From a virus (lineage: Duplodnaviria > Caudoviricetes), in the IMG/VR virus record IMGVR_UViG_3300012917_000004, positions 1 to 50,768 of that record: a stretch of DNA of 50,768 nt. One strand, given 5' to 3'. The notes under the pieces are model-generated. The model was not told where the DNA came from and searched no databases. It was given only the letters and a program-made list of their open reading frames with translations. The position numbers and the translations under genes were made by a program. Of this stretch, positions 16,888 through 27,225 are shown piece by piece. The number at the start of each line of letters is the position of its first letter. The stretch's first letter is position 1.

Positions 16888-18636
16888 TTAAAAAACAAGA
16901 TTAGTCGAAGCTTTCTTTTTAGCGGAAGCTCCGGTAGCGGCAGGAAAGAATACTGCACCTGTAGCAACAGAAGCCCCGGAAGTTGTCGGCGTAAATGGGC
17001 ACTGTTGTGCGCTTAAAGGGGCATTAACATAATACCCCGCCGCAAAGCCGTCTACCGATGATTCATGATCTGAGGCGGTCCATGGCGAATTAACGCCTGT
17101 TAAAAAGAAGTCATCCGTGAGGGCAGCACTCGTAAGCAATTCACCGGTGGCGCTAGGTGTAAGAGAGGGTCCTACTGTAGAGCCTGCCGCCGTATCTAGA
17201 GCGTTCGCTGTATCTAACGCTCCTGAAGTTTTAACGCCAGAGTACTCTTCAACCGACACTATTGAATTACAAGACCCGCTAAAGTTCACCGTTACCGTTG
17301 TTGCACCTGCGGAACAATTTTGACAATACCAAGTATCAATAACGTGATTTGTAGTAATTTGATGTGAGCCCGTCGCAAAAACATACATATTCGAGACATT
17401 GTCAGTAACGCTCGAAACAGTACGTGTACCCACATTTGATATTTGCGCTACAATTAAGTTTCCTGCGGAAGTTGCGGAAATAGTAATCGTAGGGCTGGCG
17501 CTACTTAGTGTGCCTTTATCTACTGCTTGAACTTGTGTTATTGCCATAGAAGGCGGTGCTCCTGTTTGATACAATTCTGTTGATGTATAAATTGTTCCGA
17601 CATTATCTGCCCCACCCGCCCACAATGGAGTGCCATTCGCTAATTGAATGCCACCATTTAAAGGGCCGGTGCCTCGTGCCGCATTTAAACTATTAACAAC
17701 TGTCCACAGTTCAGTATTGGGATTATATAGTTCAGTCGTGGTGATGGAGTTTTCGGGGCTGACACCGATTTGACCACCTGCATATAATACTGTACCGTCA
17801 TTTAAATTGTATATACATGCTTCACCAGTGCCGGTGCTTAAACTACCAGTTGAAGCAAAACTATCGGTATTTGGATCATACAGTTGACAAAGTTCTCTGG
17901 CGGCATGAACGTTGTTAACACCGCCTGCCGAAAGCACTTTACCAGACGGAAGAGTAATGCAAGTATTCCCGCCATCAAACTCAACACCAAACACCGGAAC
18001 TCCGGCAGTAGCACTCCACGTTCCGCCGCCTACACTGTATTTCTCAGCGGTATTAGTTTCCCCACCACCATTCTTACGACCAGATATAATTAATGGTGTA
18101 CCATCCTGAAGCAAAACAAATCCGGCGTTTTGTCTCGCTACGTTTAAAGCTCCGGTTGCTGTCCATAAGCCCGTGTTTGGATCAAAAAGAGCACAGGTGT
18201 TCGCTACCGTATTAAACGAGGTTCCGCTAACGGTTCCCCCCGCCTGAAGTACTTTTCCGTTTGCAAGAAGATACAGCGCATTAACGGCTGTGGCAGCAGG
18301 CAGACTACCCGTCGTACTCCATGTTTCAGCTACAGGATCATAAATTTCACACGTTGCTGTGCAGGTTCCAGAAGAGAATGTAGTAACACCCCCCACCATA
18401 AGTACTGTACCATCGTGTAACTTAACACAAGTATGAAACGACCGAGCTACACTTGCACTTCCTGTAAAACTCCACGTCCCCGTATTTGGATCATACAATT
18501 CGCACGTATTAGTCGGCGTACCAGGATCATCAATTTCGCCGCAAGCAATGAGTATCTTGCCACTATTTAATAAACATCCTGCGTAGGCGGCTCTTGGTGT
18601 GTGAAGTGAGCCGGTAAAATTCCAAGTACTCGCCAC
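16888..18636 (-). CDS. Kelch-repeat (7-blade beta-propeller) virion protein with a beta-rich C-terminal domain
   Basis: Seven repeats of roughly ELYDPxTxxWxxTGSL..LxxGxVLxAGG; likely GTG start at 18636, 1 nt after the upstream stop. Confidence 0.85.
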   Translation of the reverse strand: MASTWNFTGSLHTPRAAYAGCLLNSGKILIACGEIDDPGTPTNTCELYDPNTGTWSFTGSASVARSFHTCVKLHDGTVLMVGGVTTFSSGTCTATCEIYDPVAETWSTTGSLPAATAVNALYLLANGKVLQAGGTVSGTSFNTVANTCALFDPNTGLWTATGALNVARQNAGFVLLQDGTPLIISGRKNGGGETNTAEKYSVGGGTWSATAGVPVFGVEFDGGNTCITLPSGKVLSAGGVNNVHAARELCQLYDPNTDSFASTGSLSTGTGEACIYNLNDGTVLYAGGQIGVSPENSITTTELYNPNTELWTVVNSLNAARGTGPLNGGIQLANGTPLWAGGADNVGTIYTSTELYQTGAPPSMAITQVQAVDKGTLSSASPTITISATSAGNLIVAQISNVGTRTVSSVTDNVSNMYVFATGSHQITTNHVIDTWYCQNCSAGATTVTVNFSGSCNSIVSVEEYSGVKTSGALDTANALDTAAGSTVGPSLTPSATGELLTSAALTDDFFLTGVNSPWTASDHESSVDGFAAGYYVNAPLSAQQCPFTPTTSGASVATGAVFFPAATGASAKKKASTNLVF

Positions 18637-18637
18637 A

Positions 18638-19456
18638 TTAGAAACCTTGAATGACGGATACCACATCCCAACGGGACGCGCCATTATTCCAGATAGCTCC
18701 TATATAATCTGTCAAAGAAACGGAATTGGTATATGAAGTAATGTCCGTACCAAACCTAAAGTTTCCAGAGCCAGAAGCTAGAGTCACAGAATGCGAAGCA
18801 TCATTTAAAATACGGAATGTAACTTTTTGACCGTCCACGCCGCCAGTAGGACCATTAAGTGTAAGAGCCCCCGTAACCGTTGTAAAAAATGTCGGACCTA
18901 GCGTAGCATCCGCCGTAATAGTTCCTGTACCCGTAATTGATGTAGCCGCCAAAGAAGGTGCCTTTTGAAATACAACTGTTCCCGTTGTCGTTCCCCCTGC
19001 CAAAAGCAGGCGAAGGGCATCATTTCCATTAAGCTTATTAATTCCCTGTAAGATAGTATCCGTAGATGCTACCGTTCCAGAACCAGACACATAACCAGTA
19101 AGAAGCTTGCTCGTTACCGCCGCATCTGTAAAAGAGGCGGAAGGTAAAGCCGCATTAGCCACAGTAGAGATGGCGGCGGCATTGCCATTTAATTTATTGA
19201 TACCTTGAAGAATAGTATCGGTGGCGGCTACAGTTCCAGCGCCCGATACATATCCCGTCAAAAGCTTACCTGTAACGGTAGCGGCAGAAATAGTCGCAGT
19301 AGCCGTGCCTGGACCTGTTGCCGAAACATCACCCGTCAAAGCATCTATAGCATTCGCAATAGCCGGAATAGTAATATATCCAGTTGCAAATTCATAACGC
19401 AAGCCATTGTCTGTATCATAAACTACATTGAAGGGTGCTGGTGTCGCTGAACTCAT
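18638..19456 (-). CDS. Fibre-like structural protein with an internal ~35-aa duplication
   Basis: VTxKLLTGYVSGxGTVAxTDTILQGINKLNGN occurs twice; LTGDVS motif. Confidence 0.75.
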   Translation of the reverse strand: MSSATPAPFNVVYDTDNGLRYEFATGYITIPAIANAIDALTGDVSATGPGTATATISAATVTGKLLTGYVSGAGTVAATDTILQGINKLNGNAAAISTVANAALPSASFTDAAVTSKLLTGYVSGSGTVASTDTILQGINKLNGNDALRLLLAGGTTTGTVVFQKAPSLAATSITGTGTITADATLGPTFFTTVTGALTLNGPTGGVDGQKVTFRILNDASHSVTLASGSGNFRFGTDITSYTNSVSLTDYIGAIWNNGASRWDVVSVIQGF

Positions 19457-19468
19457 TTAGGTGTTCTC

Positions 19469-19828
19469 CTATTGATAAAATATCGTTACAATTACTTCGT
19501 TTGCAGCGGGGGCTCCGGTATTATTATCTGCAACGCCTGTTGTTGCACCGATACCTATCCCGTTTAAAAATGTAATACCGTTTGATGTTTCCATTTGAAT
19601 TGGGGCATTGCCACCATTCAACAAAATAGTCATTTTAGGAACATCGGTACCAACAACAGGTGCGGTAGCTTTATCATAAAACTTGATATAGCGAGCTGCA
19701 TTAGCCACACTCTGCAATAACATGCCATATATAGCACCCGGTGTGTTCTTTACTGCTGACCCGGCGTTAAGAACACTAATATTTTTATATACTAGTAGTC
19801 CTGACGGTCCTTCACTTTCTATACTCAT
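19469..19828 (-). CDS. Small beta-rich virion/decoration-type protein
   Basis: VKNTPGAIYG..YIKFYDKATAP..GITFLNGI pattern seen in phage structural proteins. Confidence 0.65.
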   Translation of the reverse strand: MSIESEGPSGLLVYKNISVLNAGSAVKNTPGAIYGMLLQSVANAARYIKFYDKATAPVVGTDVPKMTILLNGGNAPIQMETSNGITFLNGIGIGATTGVADNNTGAPAANEVIVTIFYQ

Positions 19829-20335
19829 TTACACCATTTCTGTGACATCTGCTAGTTTTCCAGACGTGGTACATAAAGCGTCGATTTGACCTATCCACGT
19901 AGGAATTTCTATCGTGGTATTAGCAGCAGTTACCATATAAGTTTTACTAGAAGCTGAAGCAGTTGTTCCGAATTTAACATGCCAGATACCGCTTTCAAAA
20001 AATATAATGGCTCTTTTTCGACTTGCATTTGTCGCTAACAAAGTTTGATTGCTGCCAGTTGAAGTAACCTGAGTAACAGTTGAGGTGCTCGATACACTCG
20101 GTGTAGTAGTTACTGTACCACTAATAGGTTGAGTATGCGCTGAACCATCTACTAGCATCGTACCCGTTCCAGCATTAGCGGTTACTGTACCGCTTATTGG
20201 TTGCGTAGCCTGAAAGAAAGTACCTGATACTGGCTGCGTAGCTTGAAAAAATGTACCTGAAACAGGTTGCGTATGCGCTGAACCGTCTACTAATACTTCA
20301 TTATCTACAACTATATCACTTGTGAATAAAGACAT
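19829..20335 (-). CDS. Structural protein with QP[VI]SGT repeats
   Basis: Four TQP[VI]SGT units, including tandem 11-aa (33-bp) repeats. Confidence 0.7.
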   Translation of the reverse strand: MSLFTSDIVVDNEVLVDGSAHTQPVSGTFFQATQPVSGTFFQATQPISGTVTANAGTGTMLVDGSAHTQPISGTVTTTPSVSSTSTVTQVTSTGSNQTLLATNASRKRAIIFFESGIWHVKFGTTASASSKTYMVTAANTTIEIPTWIGQIDALCTTSGKLADVTEMV

Positions 20336-20347
20336 TATTATTTCTCC

Positions 20348-20869
20348 TTAATTCCAGTCTAAAGCTCTATTGTCCCAACTTATCAAATTTTGAAATTGTA
20401 CCCTTGTTTTTCTATTATTGATCCAGCTTTCACGCACAATAGCCCACACAGAACTTGATGTGGAACTCCCGGCTAAAGCAACTCCTACATAGGAAAACGT
20501 TCTGTCAAAAGTTTGGGGCAAGTCTATTCGTGCTTCTTCGTTATCATTAAGCTGTTCAGACAATATACGACTAAAAGTTTGTGTTGCAGAAGCATTAGAA
20601 ACGACTACAGGCCATGGCTCCGTCCCAGCTTTTCCTTGATCGACAGTACCAATCTCTATTGTTGGATTTGTAGCTAGATTAACTGTCCATGTGCCAGATT
20701 GAACAGCCGTTACAGATATAGGTGTGGCTCTAAGCTGTAAATCGGTTAAACCTGCATTCCATACACTGACTTTAAAATTTCCATCTGGATCAGTTAAAAG
20801 AGCATGACTAGCGCCGTAGATATCGACGCCGTATACAATCTGATTAGATGGTTGACTATTATCGCCCAT
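20348..20869 (-). CDS. Hypothetical structural protein, 173 aa
   Basis: Late-operon position; QSGTWTV and YVGVA..SSVWAI..WDNRA motifs. Confidence 0.65.
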   Translation of the reverse strand: MGDNSQPSNQIVYGVDIYGASHALLTDPDGNFKVSVWNAGLTDLQLRATPISVTAVQSGTWTVNLATNPTIEIGTVDQGKAGTEPWPVVVSNASATQTFSRILSEQLNDNEEARIDLPQTFDRTFSYVGVALAGSSTSSSVWAIVRESWINNRKTRVQFQNLISWDNRALDWN

Positions 20870-21026
20870 GACGATCTTGGGCGGACATAAGAATAATAGC
20901 CTTAGCGACCTTTTTACTTATGCGTTCGGCGTGTTCTTCTTTAACGCCTTCTACAATTAATTCAGCTTCAATAAATTGAGCGATGAATTTTGTATAATCT
21001 TCAGTTGTGGCAACTGATATCCCCAT
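20859..21026 (-). CDS. Small hypothetical protein, 55 aa
   Basis: Read manually (MGISVATTEDYTKF...); fills the gap between late genes. Confidence 0.55.
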   Translation of the reverse strand: MGISVATTEDYTKFIAQFIEAELIVEGVKEEHAERISKKVAKAIILMSAQDRHGR

Positions 21027-21033
21027 TTTATAT

Positions 21034-21651
21034 TTACTGATTGACTATAGCTTTAGATGCTACAATTACATCAAGATTAATGGTTCCAGTGGTCGGTGTA
21101 ACAACGATTTGATGGAATACAGTAGGCGGCGAAGTTATCAACCATAAAGTATTACCCGCTGCCGTAATCGTGACAGTTAGACCCGATACATCAAAATACG
21201 TAACACCATCATTCGATTGCTGAAGCTTTACAACTTGTCCAGTCGTTGCAAGAAGAGCAGGAGTAAGAGTGGCATCCGCTGTAGTTCCCTGTGAGGTAAT
21301 ATCCACTACGACTGGCGGAGTAGCACTAGCATTAGCCAAAGAAGTAGCAAACTGAAGTCGATTAACTGTAAGTGCCACCATCCAATAAGTCGTTGCAGAA
21401 AGACCGGCTGGAAGATTTGTACCGCTAAGAGCTACTTTTGTACCAGTGCTATACCCATGCGCTGTAATAGTAACATAATCACCAGCCGTATTCACATTTG
21501 CCGCCACAAACGTTTTAACGCCTGGTGTAGCATCTGAATAGTTTAACTGATAGCTAATCGTATCTGCGCCGCCCACAGGATACACTTTTGATACGGCAAT
21601 AGCTGAATTTGCGAGAGGTAGGATATCTCGATTGTCAAGTAGATAGGACAT
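21034..21651 (-). CDS. Hypothetical virion structural protein, 205 aa
   Basis: ITAHGYSTGTKV-type insert common in phage structural proteins; SD AGGAG. Confidence 0.65.
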   Translation of the reverse strand: MSYLLDNRDILPLANSAIAVSKVYPVGGADTISYQLNYSDATPGVKTFVAANVNTAGDYVTITAHGYSTGTKVALSGTNLPAGLSATTYWMVALTVNRLQFATSLANASATPPVVVDITSQGTTADATLTPALLATTGQVVKLQQSNDGVTYFDVSGLTVTITAAGNTLWLITSPPTVFHQIVVTPTTGTINLDVIVASKAIVNQ

Positions 21652-21667
21652 TTTTATAACTCCTGGG

Positions 21668-23749
21668 TTATTTTGGCATCGTGGGGGTCATTACGCCATT
21701 TAAACTAGCGGCGGCATTCCCTACCATCGGCGACGTCTGGTGCGGCAAAATTGGGGCGTGAGGTTCCCATGGTGCGCCATGAGCGGCATTTAATGGCGGC
21801 GTAGAATTAGCTACAGCAGCAGAACCACCATCAGGCATAGGATTTGCCACCGGACCAGGCGTCGGCTGTTGCTGCGGGGGTGCCACATTATTACCTAGAA
21901 TAGCAAGCAATCGTGGATCATCTAAACCTGTTACATCAGGAATAATAACTCTAGCATGATTCAAAATATGAGTAAATGTTCCGGCCATAATAGGATTATT
22001 TTGAGTTTGCCGTAAAGTAGGGTCCATCAAAATAGTGGCGTGTTGTTTTATATGCAATATAGCATTATCGAATGGGCTTGCTATTACGGGTTCGCCTCTG
22101 CGAAGCTTCTCATTCTCTTCAACAATCAACATATTCTCGGCTTCGGGGCCTTCGATCATTGAATCAAGTTGCCCTGTTTCTAGTACTTGAAAATACTCCT
22201 GATTTGTCACCACTCCTTTCGCCATTAAATCTTGTGCAATCTGAAGCTTGCCAGCTTCGGAACGTGTAGCAGGATTGCCAGCAGAACATATAACGCGGGC
22301 GATATTAGAAAGGTCTTGGCCAGAGAACTCACCCATATAAGGCTTCTTACTTTGCCCAGCAATTGCAATCATACGTTTCGTATTTGCAAAGCTCTTTAGA
22401 ATATTGAAGAGGCCTGTTGCACTTCGTTCTAAGAAAGAAATATATGCTTGCTGAATAGGACTATTAAATACAAGTGCTTGAGCCTGTAGGAAAGCCATCG
22501 CAGTACCAGACTCTACCCCTGTAGGCGGTTGGCCGCGCAAAATGGAGGGAAGACCAGAAAGCTTTTCCATCTGTTGCTCAAGCACTGTAAGATAGTTAAA
22601 TACTTCGGCAGGAGTTTTGCATAGCTCCAAACCGATTGGTATTCCCTGCTTCATGTTCGTACGGATAAAATTAAGCCCCTCGATTACTTGTTCGGGTTTG
22701 GTCTGCGTAGACTCATCAACCACAATGTTTTGAAGGGCAAAAGCTTGCTGATTTGTAACGATTAAGCTCAATGTTTTATCGTAAGCATATTGCAGCTTAC
22801 AGAGCGAAGTCATTACTGTACAACCAAAATTATTAAATGGCATAACGTCAGGCATACAGGGATAGAGCGGAATTTCATCATACGGTAAATCTGTATCAAG
22901 AATCCAAGTATCACTATCAATGTATTGGGTCAAACGCCCTTTGGGACATGCCTGCGTCTTTCGATGAATCAGCGAATAGACCGGAATAATATCAACATTA
23001 GATGTTTGTGCATCTACAATATGCCCAAAACGAAAGCGCTGAATAGTAGTGGGCATGGTGTAGCCCTTTAGTTCATCTTCCAGATCTGGCCGTTGAGCTA
23101 TTAAATCCCATTTATTCAGATATTCTCGGACAATATACCAATCGTTATCCACATCCATACGAGTGTAATCACGAATAACATCCATTGGGCCAACAACCGA
23201 AAATTGTACGTCCCCTTCTTTTGTCGGTGTCTGCATTCCTTCTGGATTGGTAGTGACGTCCGTTATTTCGCCAATATCAGAATTCCACTTCTCGTAAAGC
23301 CAGCCTTCGCCAGTAATAAGCCCATAGGTTAGGCCAGTCTTATAGGCATCTTCCATTCGTTTTACTTTGAGATAGTAATTGCTTACGGCATCAAAAACGA
23401 GGTCTTGTGATAGGCTCTTGTAGTCAGAGTTTATCGCCTCTGGTTGAAATGACGGGCGCTGATTGGCAATAACACTTACAAGGCCAGTAACGATAGAACG
23501 ATAGATATTAGACTCGATGAGTTTATACTGTCCTCTATCGCCGCCAAAACGAATCCCAATCTTCATCTCGGAACGCATCCACATTTCCCAGTTTGTGCGC
23601 CATGTGGTGAGTTTACCAGTTCTTAGAACATAATCCTGGTAATCCTCAACGCGTCGCTCGCATTCCGCAAGTAAATCTTCGATGGGAAGAGTAGCAAAAT
23701 ATTGCTCTGGCTGTCCGCCAAATGTTCGTTGCATGCTACCAGAGGCCAT
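21668..23749 (-). CDS. Portal protein
   Basis: 693 aa immediately downstream of the terminase; MEKLSGLPSILRGQPPTGVESGTAMAFLQ matches the portal stem/clip pattern. Confidence 0.85.
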   Translation of the reverse strand: MASGSMQRTFGGQPEQYFATLPIEDLLAECERRVEDYQDYVLRTGKLTTWRTNWEMWMRSEMKIGIRFGGDRGQYKLIESNIYRSIVTGLVSVIANQRPSFQPEAINSDYKSLSQDLVFDAVSNYYLKVKRMEDAYKTGLTYGLITGEGWLYEKWNSDIGEITDVTTNPEGMQTPTKEGDVQFSVVGPMDVIRDYTRMDVDNDWYIVREYLNKWDLIAQRPDLEDELKGYTMPTTIQRFRFGHIVDAQTSNVDIIPVYSLIHRKTQACPKGRLTQYIDSDTWILDTDLPYDEIPLYPCMPDVMPFNNFGCTVMTSLCKLQYAYDKTLSLIVTNQQAFALQNIVVDESTQTKPEQVIEGLNFIRTNMKQGIPIGLELCKTPAEVFNYLTVLEQQMEKLSGLPSILRGQPPTGVESGTAMAFLQAQALVFNSPIQQAYISFLERSATGLFNILKSFANTKRMIAIAGQSKKPYMGEFSGQDLSNIARVICSAGNPATRSEAGKLQIAQDLMAKGVVTNQEYFQVLETGQLDSMIEGPEAENMLIVEENEKLRRGEPVIASPFDNAILHIKQHATILMDPTLRQTQNNPIMAGTFTHILNHARVIIPDVTGLDDPRLLAILGNNVAPPQQQPTPGPVANPMPDGGSAAVANSTPPLNAAHGAPWEPHAPILPHQTSPMVGNAAASLNGVMTPTMPK

Positions 23750-23761
23750 TATTTATCTCCG

Positions 23762-25234
23762 CTAATCATAAGATTCATTGTGATCCTTAAAACTAAATTC
23801 TTGGTTCATTGCTGCGTCTAGGCCAGCCGATACAATCTCTCCGGTCTGCGCTGCATCGCCTTCTAGCAGCTTCTTCGGTATAAACGTGTTTTCCTCATCA
23901 GCCCTAAAAGAAGGCGGCAAAGGATTCGTACGCATATCAACTGACCGAATGAGGTACATTAACATGGCAAAGCCATCGTAATGTCCGAATGTCTTGGAGC
24001 GCGAGAACTCTTTACCTCGTGCGCCGCCCTTCGTTTTAGTCCAGACACCATTCTTTAGGCATCCAAGCGTCTGCACACATCGGGGACTAACAATTACTCG
24101 GCCTTCTTTCACAAGCTCACGCACATCAGACACCATCACGTCTAGATAGGTCTTGCTCTCAACAGGCGAAAAATATAGATGATGACGCAAATTAAAGTCT
24201 TGCAGAAGAGAAGGAGTATTATTATCTGCAATTCGCTTCTTTATCTCCGCGTCTGCAAACACTTCTTTTTCTTTGGCAATGATACGTTCAGCCAATAAAT
24301 CGGTGGTTTGTTCGGGGCTTTTCATACATACTTCGTCTCGAAGCACAAGTACAGACTTTCCCTTAACCCATTCTACGCTAGCAAACCCACAAACAGAGTT
24401 ATCAGTCCAGCCTTGATCCAGCGCGGCATACTTGAACCAAAACTTGAAGTTGTCCGTTTTGGGCAACTCCTTCTCATAGGCAACATTCCATTCTGGGCAG
24501 AGCTGGAAGTCTGTATCAATGACAAACTCACAGAAGAACTCTCTGCGTACCTTGTGGGAAAGGATACCACCGAGGTCTTTAATGAACTTCTCTTGCCGCT
24601 CCAACGAGTAATGGCTATCTCGTATGGTGAGCTTCATATAGGCCCCGTCTACTGCAGCTTGATCGCAATAGCTCTTAAATGCGTGATCCGGCGTGACGGG
24701 GGGAGTGGACAACAAAAGTATATTGCCATTACGCGGTATAAGCGTTGCAACTAACGCTCCATCTACAATCTCGTCTAGATTGGCACTAAATCCTGCTTCG
24801 TCTAGAACGATAAGGTCAAACGCAAATGAACGTAGATTGTTATACGACGTACCTACGCCCTTCCCCACTCCTCGAAATAGTATCTTCGAGCCGTTGGGAA
24901 ATACTATCTGTGTTTTCCGTAATTTAGGACGCAGATGCTCAGGACAACTAGCAAACACCACGTCATAGAGCTGCCTCACATACTCCTGAACATCGTCTAC
25001 TGTGGGGGCAATAAACGCTACTAGAGCGTTCTTATTAGCTATACACGTCTCTGCGCTAAGGAACAGGCCGAGGACACTCTTCCCGATCTTGCGGCTGCAA
25101 TTGACAACGAACTTCGAATTGCTTGCCGTACTTATCTTGAATGCTTCGTATATCTTGCGTTGTGACGGATTGAGATGCACATATAGCCGTCCTACTTGCC
25201 AAGAGGCTTCAATGGCCTTCTCAGCATCGGTCAT
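23762..25234 (-). CDS. terL: Terminase large subunit; likely start ATG 25234
   Basis: Walker A NCSRKIGKS, Walker B LIVLDEA, coupling motif LLSTP, nuclease acidic motifs ALDQGWTD and HYD. Confidence 0.93.
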   Translation of the reverse strand: MTDAEKAIEASWQVGRLYVHLNPSQRKIYEAFKISTASNSKFVVNCSRKIGKSVLGLFLSAETCIANKNALVAFIAPTVDDVQEYVRQLYDVVFASCPEHLRPKLRKTQIVFPNGSKILFRGVGKGVGTSYNNLRSFAFDLIVLDEAGFSANLDEIVDGALVATLIPRNGNILLLSTPPVTPDHAFKSYCDQAAVDGAYMKLTIRDSHYSLERQEKFIKDLGGILSHKVRREFFCEFVIDTDFQLCPEWNVAYEKELPKTDNFKFWFKYAALDQGWTDNSVCGFASVEWVKGKSVLVLRDEVCMKSPEQTTDLLAERIIAKEKEVFADAEIKKRIADNNTPSLLQDFNLRHHLYFSPVESKTYLDVMVSDVRELVKEGRVIVSPRCVQTLGCLKNGVWTKTKGGARGKEFSRSKTFGHYDGFAMLMYLIRSVDMRTNPLPPSFRADEENTFIPKKLLEGDAAQTGEIVSAGLDAAMNQEFSFKDHNESYD

Positions 25235-25510
25235 GTTCAACCGACATTCTATCAACGCCACATTTCCAGCAGAACCAAGGACCGCCTATGATGTGCTGCC
25301 ATCCATGATAACAAATAATGCTATCGGTCACGATCTAACACCAAACACAATTATGCGGATAGTTCCTACCACACCAATAGAGCGGTAATGGTTGTACTGG
25401 TGGCCCTGAATAGTATGGCACCGAGGGCAAAGGCGTCTGTAGCAATTCCTTTGCTCGTACCTGTGTGCATTCATGGCATTCACATCTCGGATGATTACCA
25501 GTGAGGTCCA

Positions 25511-25792
25511 TTAGGCTTTAGGTGTGTGCTCAACGAAACCAGCTAATGCCGCATCCGTAGCTGTTTTAGCTGCTTCTACATCTACCGTGCTCAGCTCAGC
25601 CTTAGCTATCACTTCGGCGCGTCCCTTGAAATCATTATACTGATACGCGAGGAATTGCATCACCTCAGCTACTTTCGGGCTCACGTGTCCTGGAAACTCA
25701 GCCTGCGCGATAAGATCATGCGCTAGTCCGAATAAATCACGCACCTTCTCTACGTCTGCTTTCGATGCACCGACTTGTTGTCCTTCGCTCAT
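25511..25792 (-). CDS. Hypothetical protein
   Basis: SD GGGGAG upstream; helical composition. Confidence 0.65.
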   Translation of the reverse strand: MSEGQQVGASKADVEKVRDLFGLAHDLIAQAEFPGHVSPKVAEVMQFLAYQYNDFKGRAEVIAKAELSTVDVEAAKTATDAALAGFVEHTPKA

Positions 25793-25812
25793 TGTCATAT
25801 CTCCCCACATCA

Positions 25813-25881
25813 TATTCCCGATCAGGTATACCGACAGGGTTTAAGGCTAAATATTATGCGCATTATTCCCGATAAGGTATA
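25813..25881. repeat. Two copies of an 18-bp quasi-palindrome TATTCCCGAT[C/A]AGGTATA
   Basis: Copies at 25813-25830 and 25864-25881 are 17/18 identical, intergenic, 51 bp apart. Confidence 0.85.
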
Positions 25882-25893
25882 ATAGCGTTTACA

Positions 25894-26136
25894 CTACTGT
25901 TCTAAGCCTAAACTGTATCCACCACCTTCACGTTGGCACCAATACTCACCGCGCATCTCTTGATCCGGCGACGGCCGCAGCCAATGCTCCATTATCTCAT
26001 TGCCACACGTTACGCATTTGCGGCCAGCGAAGCGAAGCACACCTCGAGGATTGAAGTCACGTAGCAGCATTGGTCCGCCTTCAAGCAATAGCTGCGGATC
26101 TGTATTTAAGCTAGATCGTACTCGTTCGTCGCTCAT
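25894..26136 (-). CDS. Hypothetical protein with a CxxC motif
   Basis: ORF track; packed gene arrangement. Confidence 0.55.
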   Translation of the reverse strand: MSDERVRSSLNTDPQLLLEGGPMLLRDFNPRGVLRFAGRKCVTCGNEIMEHWLRPSPDQEMRGEYWCQREGGGYSLGLEQ

Positions 26137-26305
26137 ACTCGTTTCAATGGCTCATTGCTATCGAACGCTCTAGGCTGCTCGCCATTCATCCAACATGCAA
26201 GAACATACGGCGATAGTATGTCTCCGCGCTCACAAAGCCACCAATCATACTGGCGACTAAGCGTAGAGCCGTCATATGGACACACTAACACGTCGCGTAG
26301 CTCCG

Positions 26306-26731
26306 TCATATGCGTGTCTTTAGCACATGCTCAACGAAGCGATTCTGTATAGCCACACGAATGTTCCTACGTGGCATCTTCCCCATCATTCGGCTCATCT
26401 GCTCATTGTCTTTCGGCTCAACAGCGCCCACACGCAGTGTGTTCTTCCCCATCGGTGCTAAGAAGTCATGCTTTAAATCTAATACGTTAGACGATTCGTA
26501 CATCGCTACAGCCTTTAGATCAAGCGGGAAGCTGTCTAGCGACATGCCTATCATGTGATATGACCCCACACCAGCAAACATGTCGTACTTGTACAGTTCG
26601 CCTACGTAATGCCCATTAGCGTCAACGTAGCGACGTGCTATTGTGAAGTAGATCGGTGTAGTGTCGAATAGGCTCGTAACCCATGCGGCGAAGCGACGTA
26701 TCATGTAGCCCCGACTCCAAGACCTAGCCAA
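26306..26731 (-). CDS. Hypothetical protein, 141 aa
   Basis: ORF on the late strand; start uncertain. Confidence 0.55.
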   Translation of the reverse strand: MARSWSRGYMIRRFAAWVTSLFDTTPIYFTIARRYVDANGHYVGELYKYDMFAGVGSYHMIGMSLDSFPLDLKAVAMYESSNVLDLKHDFLAPMGKNTLRVGAVEPKDNEQMSRMMGKMPRRNIRVAIQNRFVEHVLKTRI

Positions 26732-26892
26732 GTGACAATCTTCGGTGTAATCGGACTACCCAAGCTTGACACATAGACTGCTTCTCTTTGCCGCCCTGAT
26801 ACGTCTTGACAGCCGATATCGGATACATGATGGAAGTATCGGCAATAGCTACATGCACGCCATGCGGAACAATGATTGTCTTGTGGCTGCAC

Positions 26893-27225
26893 CTATTCCC
26901 CCTCCAATTCGGCTAATGCTTCAAGTGCCGCCTTACTTGCTTTACCTTTTGACTTCTTTATCCGCTTGTGGTTCTGCGTTACAATGAGATACGGGAGCAA
27001 GCGCAGCCACATGTTAATTCTTGTTTCATTGTTCGCTTTGATGGCCAACGCTAGATCAACTACCCAATCGACGCCAGCGGCTTTAAGACGTGTCGCAATG
27101 CTGCTGGGTTGCTTGCTATACAAATTAACGCTATTTATCGGCCTACCAGAGCTCTTAGCGAACTGTTTGCCGGGAGTATGAGGAACGTAGGCGATGGGTT
27201 GAGTAGGTTGTATTTCCGCGTCCAT
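26893..27225 (-). CDS. Possible terminase small subunit
   Basis: First late-strand gene; PGKQFAKSSGRPINSVN resembles the GRPxGSxN N-terminal motif of small terminases; basic. Confidence 0.5.
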   Translation of the reverse strand: MDAEIQPTQPIAYVPHTPGKQFAKSSGRPINSVNLYSKQPSSIATRLKAAGVDWVVDLALAIKANNETRINMWLRLLPYLIVTQNHKRIKKSKGKASKAALEALAELEGE

